Shown: positions 27,394-32,000 of the stretch, in pieces
Numbering within the stretch: position 1 is the stretch's first letter
How the letters are laid out: each line of letters opens with the position of its first letter
Translations under genes and position numbers: made by a program
Notes under the pieces: model-generated
The model's database searches: none
Told to the model about the DNA's origin: nothing
The model's input: only the letters and a program-made list of their open reading frames with translations
Origin: Clostridium scatologenes
GTDB taxonomy: Bacteria > Bacillota > Clostridia > Clostridiales > Clostridiaceae
Assembly (NCBI RefSeq): GCF_000968375.1
Contig: NZ_CP009933.1
Coordinates: 4,318,787-4,350,786 of the forward strand
Reading direction: 5' to 3'
DNA length: 32,000 nt

Positions 27394-28044
27394 ATGGGAA
27401 TATTTTCAAGAATGTCTAACATGTTTAAAGCTAAAGTCAACAATGCTTTGGATGAGGTTGAAAATCCAATTGAACTTTTAGACCAAAAGATTAGAGATAT
27501 GGAGGAAAGCTTAAATAAAGCAAAATTATCTTCCGCTCAAATTTTAGGTAATGTTCATGAAATTGAAAAGAAGATGGCTACTGCAAAAAGAGATTCAGAA
27601 GATTTTGATGAAAAAGTTAAACTTGCTATGAGTAAAGGCAATGAAGATTTAGCTAAAAAAGCTCTTGCAAAAAAACTAGAATGCGATAAAACTTATGATT
27701 CTTTAAAAACTAGCTATGAAGATGCTAGTAAAAAAGCTGAAACATTAAAAGCCAAACTTAGGGAACTAGAAAATGAAATAGAAAAAACTAGAACTTATAG
27801 AGATGAAGCTTCAGCTAGATTTAATAATGCCGAGGCTAGTAAAAAGGTTAACGAAATTTTATCAAATGTAGATACTGGAAGTAATAAAATAAACTTAGAC
27901 GATATAGAAAGAAAAGTTCAAAGAAAAGAAGCCTTAGCAGAAGGCTTAGGAGATTTAAGAGAAGATAATTCTTTAGAAAAGGAATTTGAAAAATTAAAAG
28001 AAACTGATCTTGATGAAGAATTAAAAAAATATAAACAGAACTAA
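27394..28044 (+). CDS. pspA: PspA/IM30-family phage-shock protein A
   Basis: MGIFSRMSNMFKAKVNNALDEVENPIELLDQKIRDMEE is the canonical PspA N-terminus, and the rest is coiled-coil. SD AAGGAGG is upstream. Confidence 0.92.
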   Translation: MGIFSRMSNMFKAKVNNALDEVENPIELLDQKIRDMEESLNKAKLSSAQILGNVHEIEKKMATAKRDSEDFDEKVKLAMSKGNEDLAKKALAKKLECDKTYDSLKTSYEDASKKAETLKAKLRELENEIEKTRTYRDEASARFNNAEASKKVNEILSNVDTGSNKINLDDIERKVQRKEALAEGLGDLREDNSLEKEFEKLKETDLDEELKKYKQN

Positions 28045-28055
28045 GGTGATTTATT

Positions 28056-28712
28056 ATGAGTAAGGCTGAAGAATTTCTGAAAATAGAAAAAGACAAATAT
28101 AGTAAAATATATGTAGACATAACTTATGCTATTGATAACATATCACCTTTCTTAGATAAAAGTGTATTGAAAAACAGAAAGTATGTGTCTAAAATTCATA
28201 TTTTAAAAAAATATATAGAATTTATTGATGCAGCAATGTTAGAAACTAATAAGAGTGGCTTTTTAGGTATGTTTAAAAATGATAAATCTGTTGATTTAAT
28301 CAAGGATTACAGAGATGAGAATTTAGATTCTTTGAATCAATTAGAAAAATGTAGCAAATGTCAATGCTTAAATTGTACTGCCAATTGTGAATTTGATAGT
28401 TGTTTGGGCTGCAAAGATAACTCAAAAATAGTCTCTTGTGATCATAAAAAAATAAATGTCACAAAACATGATAATTTCACTTTAAATTTAACTAATAACA
28501 AAACAGGTGATGATGATAGATATATTGTTTTGTCAACTCTTCAAAATGTAGAAGTAGATAATAAATATATAATAATTCAAAATATCATAACCAAAGAAAA
28601 ATTCATACTTCATTATTACCCAGGAATATCTGAAGATACTTATGGTGAAATTACAGATCCTGAAGAATTTGATTTTATTGTATCAACTTTTCAAAGTATA
28701 GAAGAATTTTAA
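28056..28712 (+). CDS. hypothetical Cys-rich protein with DUF1292-like C-terminus
   Basis: Starts 11 nt after the pspA stop, with SD AAGGTGA. Central cluster CSKCQCLNCTANCEFDSCLGCKDNSKIVSCDH. The C-terminal RYIVL...KFILHYYPGISEDTYGEITDPEEFDFIVSTFQS resembles the DUF1292/YrzB pattern (tentative). Confidence 0.7.
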   Translation: MSKAEEFLKIEKDKYSKIYVDITYAIDNISPFLDKSVLKNRKYVSKIHILKKYIEFIDAAMLETNKSGFLGMFKNDKSVDLIKDYRDENLDSLNQLEKCSKCQCLNCTANCEFDSCLGCKDNSKIVSCDHKKINVTKHDNFTLNLTNNKTGDDDRYIVLSTLQNVEVDNKYIIIQNIITKEKFILHYYPGISEDTYGEITDPEEFDFIVSTFQSIEEF

Positions 28713-28728
28713 TTTAACTATTGAAAAT

Positions 28729-28872
28729 TTGTTCACACAATTACAACTTATCCACAGATTTCATAAAATTATACACAGATTTTGTGGATAAGTTGTATGC
28801 TTTGATATAGTTCATTTTAACCTAAAATTATGCGTTTTTATTAACAATGTGGATAACTTTGTTTGTTGATAA
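28729..28872. promoter_or_regulatory. DnaA-box cluster 2 (3 perfect, 2 one-mismatch and 1 two-mismatch boxes in 144 bp)
   Basis: Boxes are 28729-37 TTGTTCACA, 28748-56 TTATCCACA, 28769-77 TTATACACA, 28783-91 TGTGGATAA, 28848-56 TGTGGATAA and 28864-72 TGTTGATAA. The cluster lies between two convergent 3' ends. Confidence 0.75.
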
Positions 28873-28937
28873 CTTTATTTGTTGTCTAATTTAGTTTAAT
28901 ATATGTCACATATTATTACATTATGTTTTTTATCGAC

Positions 28938-28970
28938 AAAAATAATCCTAATGATTTTATCATTAGGATT
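28938..28970 (-). terminator. rho-independent terminator of the transaldolase gene
   Basis: AATCCTAATGAT-TTT-ATCATTAGGATT. The minus strand is followed by ATTTTTG. Confidence 0.75.
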
Positions 28971-28982
28971 TCTTAATTCAAT

Positions 28983-29627
28983 CTACTTTTGTGAGTTATT
29001 ATAATCATCTAGGAATTTCTGTATACCTGCATCTGTCAATGGATGTTTAAGCATTTGCATTAATACTTTATATGGTATTGTTGATATATCTGCCCCTGCT
29101 TTTGCACAATCTAAAACATGCATAGGTGTTCTTATACTTGCTGCTATTATTTCTGTTTCTATACCATATATCTCAAATATTTCAGCTATATCTTGTATAA
29201 CTACAATTCCTGCATTACCTATATCATCTAATCTACCCATAAATGGACTTACAAAACTTGCTCCTGCTTTAGCAGCTAATAAAGCTTGTTGTGCCGAGAA
29301 TATTAAAGTAACATTTGTTCTTATACCTTCTTTAGCTAAAACAGAAACTGCTTTCAATCCTTCTTCGCACATAGGTATTTTTATTACTATATTTTTATGT
29401 AATTTTGAAAGCTCTCTGCCTTCTTCGACCATCTTATCAGCTTCTAGGCTTATAACCTCTGCACTAATAGGACCATCTACGATATCACAAATCTCTTCAA
29501 TAACATCCTTTAATTTTCTGCCTTCTTTAGCAATCAATGATGGATTAGTTGTTACACCATCAAGTACACCCCATTTTGCTACTCTCTTTATTTCTTCTAC
29601 ATTAGCTGTATCAATGAATATTTTCAT
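28983..29627 (-). CDS. tal: transaldolase / fructose-6-phosphate aldolase family (short type)
   Basis: [14 protein letters not shown]...GVTTNPSLI...IKIP (Schiff-base Lys context), 214 aa. Confidence 0.92.
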   Translation of the reverse strand: MKIFIDTANVEEIKRVAKWGVLDGVTTNPSLIAKEGRKLKDVIEEICDIVDGPISAEVISLEADKMVEEGRELSKLHKNIVIKIPMCEEGLKAVSVLAKEGIRTNVTLIFSAQQALLAAKAGASFVSPFMGRLDDIGNAGIVVIQDIAEIFEIYGIETEIIAASIRTPMHVLDCAKAGADISTIPYKVLMQMLKHPLTDAGIQKFLDDYNNSQK

Positions 29628-29700
29628 ACAATGACCTCCTAAAATATAAACTATGGTTCTAATTATATCATATTTTTGAAAAAATTAACCTTCATTCCAA

Positions 29701-30918
29701 TTATTTTTGAAACTTATACTTACAAATCATCTTTTCAATAAACTTCTTATATTCATGTTTTCTGGTATCTTCGTATAAAGAATCATAAGTTGCATAGTTG
29801 TCACATAGTGAAATAATTAGTATAAATTCAAAGTATTTATCATACCTTTCAAAGAACTTATGGGCTGCTTCCATTCTTTTATTTTCATCCATTTTAAAAA
29901 TTTCTAATGGACACATATGTGCTTCTACAAGTTCTTCTACAAGCTGAGCTGATTTTTTAGGAACTCTCATATCTTTGCATATATCATTAACTATTTTAGC
30001 TCCTTCTTTTTCATGTCCCAAAAAGCTTACACTATCTTCTTTCTCTTTATAACAGTTAAACTTTCCTATGTCATGTAAAAAACATGCAAGACTTACACAT
30101 TCTCTTATTTTAAAACTGTCTATACAATCTTCTAAATGCTTCAAATTAAGTCCTTCTATTTTTATTCTTCCTTTAACTACATCCTTAAACACCTCATAAG
30201 TTAACTTCATATGAGTAAATGCATCTTCTATGTGATATTTACACTTTCCTACAGTTTTTAATTCCTCCATATAAGGAAATATGTTTTTTAGAATACCATA
30301 ACTATCCAAAACTTCAAAAACTCTACCATTATCATCTATCTCCATTAACTTCATGAGTTCAGTAAATATTCGTTCCTTATTACTATTTTTAAGTTTATAA
30401 GATAAATCCACTATTTTATTCTCTGTTTCTAAATTAAAATGCATACCATATCTTATACAAAATCTAATACCTCTTAGAATTCTAATTGGATCTTCTTCTA
30501 TACTTGTATCTCTTATACTTTGAATAATCCTACACTTTATAGCTTTTCTTCCGTTAAAAGGATCTATTATTTTATTTTCTATAAGTTTAAGACAAATTGC
30601 ATTTATAGAAAAATCTCTTTTACCTAAATCTTCTTCAATATTTTTTCCTTTCATTTTGGCTATATTAAAAACTACATTTGTACCACTATATCTATAAGTA
30701 TCTTTATTTTCTTTTAGAGAATAAAAGCTGAATTGTTTGTTATCTAAAGACATTAATAACTTGTTTATATCTCCATTATATATAATATCTAGTCTAGATG
30801 GTTGACTTTTAAAATCCATAAGTCTTTCTCTAACAAATGTCCCTACTAAATATGCTTCACCTCCTACTTCATTTAAAGATTCCTTTAACACTTTTAAAAA
30901 TTCATTTGAACTATTCAT
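29701..30918 (-). CDS. CCA-adding enzyme/poly(A) polymerase-family nucleotidyltransferase fused to an HD domain
   Basis: RDFSINA, EEDPIRILRGIRF, and HD motifs FLHDIGK and GHEKEG are present. The N-terminal motif reads VGTFVRERL...RLDIIYNGD instead of the canonical VGGxVRDxL...DxD. Confidence 0.8.
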   Translation of the reverse strand: MNSSNEFLKVLKESLNEVGGEAYLVGTFVRERLMDFKSQPSRLDIIYNGDINKLLMSLDNKQFSFYSLKENKDTYRYSGTNVVFNIAKMKGKNIEEDLGKRDFSINAICLKLIENKIIDPFNGRKAIKCRIIQSIRDTSIEEDPIRILRGIRFCIRYGMHFNLETENKIVDLSYKLKNSNKERIFTELMKLMEIDDNGRVFEVLDSYGILKNIFPYMEELKTVGKCKYHIEDAFTHMKLTYEVFKDVVKGRIKIEGLNLKHLEDCIDSFKIRECVSLACFLHDIGKFNCYKEKEDSVSFLGHEKEGAKIVNDICKDMRVPKKSAQLVEELVEAHMCPLEIFKMDENKRMEAAHKFFERYDKYFEFILIISLCDNYATYDSLYEDTRKHEYKKFIEKMICKYKFQK

Positions 30919-31155
30919 TTGTTATCACCTACTCATCATTATTTTACCACATATAAACAAACATATTGCAATTAAAATTTTCCTTGTTTTTTACAATAAT
31001 AAGTATTTAGTATAAAAATTCATCTTATAAATATACTAAAAATGCGAATACTTTTAATTTATTTAATATTTACAAATTATTAACTTCAAAATACAATTTA
31101 AATACACTACCAAATGTACCTATTAATTGCATGCTATTGGTTAATTGAAATTACT

Positions 31156-31162
31156 TTCGACA
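31156..31162 (-). promoter_or_regulatory. Spo0A-box consensus heptamer (TGTCGAA on the minus strand), upstream of abrB
   Basis: Exact 7-mer TTCGACA on the plus strand. Confidence 0.3.
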
Positions 31163-31325
31163 TTTAACTTTTTATTATCCATATAATTACTATTTTATTT
31201 TTTCTTGTTTTTCATTCCTATTTTTCTATAATTAGGAATATGATTTTGATAGTTTTCCTTTACACACATTGATTTATCAACATTCTATAATATAGTAAAA
31301 AAATGTATTTTGTAATAAAAACATA

Positions 31326-31354
31326 TTGACATTTGTATATTTTGGTAGTATATT
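31326..31354 (+). promoter_or_regulatory. abrB upstream promoter (P1-like)
   Basis: TTGACA, 17-nt spacer, TATATT. Confidence 0.6.
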
Positions 31355-31406
31355 AACTATAGATGGAAGTGAATAAGAAATTTGTAAATTTATTTCTTAA
31401 AGCATA

Positions 31407-31435
31407 TTGACTTTTAATGTCATATTTGCTATTAT
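31407..31435 (+). promoter_or_regulatory. abrB proximal promoter (P2-like)
   Basis: TTGACT, 17-nt spacer, TATTAT. Confidence 0.6.
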
Positions 31436-31448
31436 TTAATTAAACATA

Positions 31449-31455
31449 TGTCGAA
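31449..31455 (+). promoter_or_regulatory. Spo0A box (TGTCGAA) just downstream of the proximal abrB promoter
   Basis: Exact 0A-box heptamer about 7-13 nt downstream of the predicted start site. This is the same relative location as the Spo0A operator of B. subtilis abrB. Confidence 0.6.
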
Positions 31456-31481
31456 TTTTGGAGTTAAGGGAGGATTTTTAA

Positions 31482-31727
31482 ATGAAATCAACTGGAGTTG
31501 TAAGAAGAGTAGATGAATTAGGAAGAATAGTTATTCCTATAGAACTAAGAAGAACTTTGGATATTGCAGAAAAAGACGCTTTAGAAATATATGTTGATGG
31601 TGAACAAATTATATTAAAAAAATATGAACCTGCATGTATATTCTGTGGTGATGCAAGAGATGTTGTAAACTACAAAGGCAAAAATATTTGCAAAAATTGT
31701 TTAAATGAATTAAAAGAAGGTAAATAG
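31482..31727 (+). CDS. abrB: transition-state regulator AbrB (SpoVT/AbrB swapped-hairpin domain)
   Basis: MKSTGVVRRVDELGRIVIPIELRRTLDI.EKDALEIYVDGE.IILKKY is the canonical AbrB N-terminal domain. SD AAGGGAGG is upstream. Confidence 0.95.
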   Translation: MKSTGVVRRVDELGRIVIPIELRRTLDIAEKDALEIYVDGEQIILKKYEPACIFCGDARDVVNYKGKNICKNCLNELKEGK

Positions 31728-31733
31728 TTAATT

Positions 31734-31765
31734 AAGACCACATGGATAACTCATGTGGTCTTTTT
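31734..31765 (+). terminator. rho-independent terminator of abrB
   Basis: AAGACCACATG-7 nt-CATGTGGTCTT plus a T-run. Confidence 0.85.
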
Positions 31766-31883
31766 ATTTAATTAAAATATTCTACAATATCTATAAATTA
31801 GCTCTCCACTCATGAGACTTTACTTGTCATCATTCTTATATAACTCAAAACTTTAAGCACTCAAAAATTAAGTTATTAATATA

Positions 31884-31920
31884 AATAAAAGATCTTACAA
31901 ACTCAATAATTTGTAAGACC
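31884..31920 (-). terminator. terminator of a minus-strand gene entering from the right edge
   Basis: The minus strand reads TCTTACAAA-8 nt-TTTGTAAGA followed by TCTTTTATTT. Confidence 0.6.
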
Positions 31921-31964
31921 TTTACACCTATTATAAATATCATTAGCATTAATGATATTATTTT

Positions 31965-32000
31965 CTACCTTACTCTTCTTCCTCCACTGAAATCAGAATG
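31965..32000 (-). CDS. 3' end (11 codons) of an unidentified minus-strand gene
   Basis: Open frame ...HSDFSGGRRVR-stop (TAG at 31967-31965), followed by the terminator above. It is too short to identify. Confidence 0.35.
   Translation of the reverse strand, partial: HSDFSGGRRVR

Noticed and set aside
1-32000. Search for CRISPR arrays, tRNA/rRNA genes, transposases/integrases, prophage genes, toxin-antitoxin pairs or known defence-system signatures.
   Set aside because: I found none by eye. There are no regularly spaced direct repeats, no cloverleaf-like GC-rich 75-nt segments, and no recombinase, nuclease or NTPase defence-type ORFs. The window reads as core chromosome.

Overview
This is an AT-rich chromosomal segment from a low-GC Firmicute, Clostridium-like in codon usage and gene content. 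It is mostly housekeeping. On the minus strand, metG-tatD-yabE-like-rnmV-rsmA(ksgA) keeps the Bacillus subtilis metS-yabD-yabE-rnmV-ksgA order. abrB lies nearby, so the window is probably origin-proximal.

Other recognisable genes:
- nrdD and the 5' end of nrdG, with an NrdR box
- a TPP riboswitch followed by thiT
- an Mrp/NBP35 ATPase, a family-4 uracil-DNA glycosylase and a MATE exporter
- spmA and spmB, a GH73 glucosaminidase, an RluF-like pseudouridine synthase and a polysaccharide deacetylase
- ispF, a frameshifted AI-2E/PerM-type transporter and an orphan ornithine carbamoyltransferase
- a DUF1836 (YkrK-like) gene divergent from a three-gene PspA module
- transaldolase, a CCA-type nucleotidyltransferase/HD protein and abrB

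A Met T-box leader precedes metG. I found no transposase, integrase, CRISPR array, tRNA/rRNA gene or recognisable defence gene.

The features least explained by ordinary annotation are:
1. Two dense clusters of DnaA boxes, at about 21.83-22.15 kb and 28.73-28.87 kb, far from any dnaA gene. The second sits between convergent 3' ends.
2. A putative envelope-stress module: a YkrK-like regulator, a Ser-rich membrane protein, PspA and a Cys-rich DUF1292-like protein.
3. A lysine-rich 12-aa-repeat protein in the position that yabG holds in Bacillus, with a sigma-K-like promoter.
4. A 100-bp GC-enriched inverted repeat between the MATE gene and spmB.

All functional calls come from reading the translations and motifs by eye. 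No database search was run.
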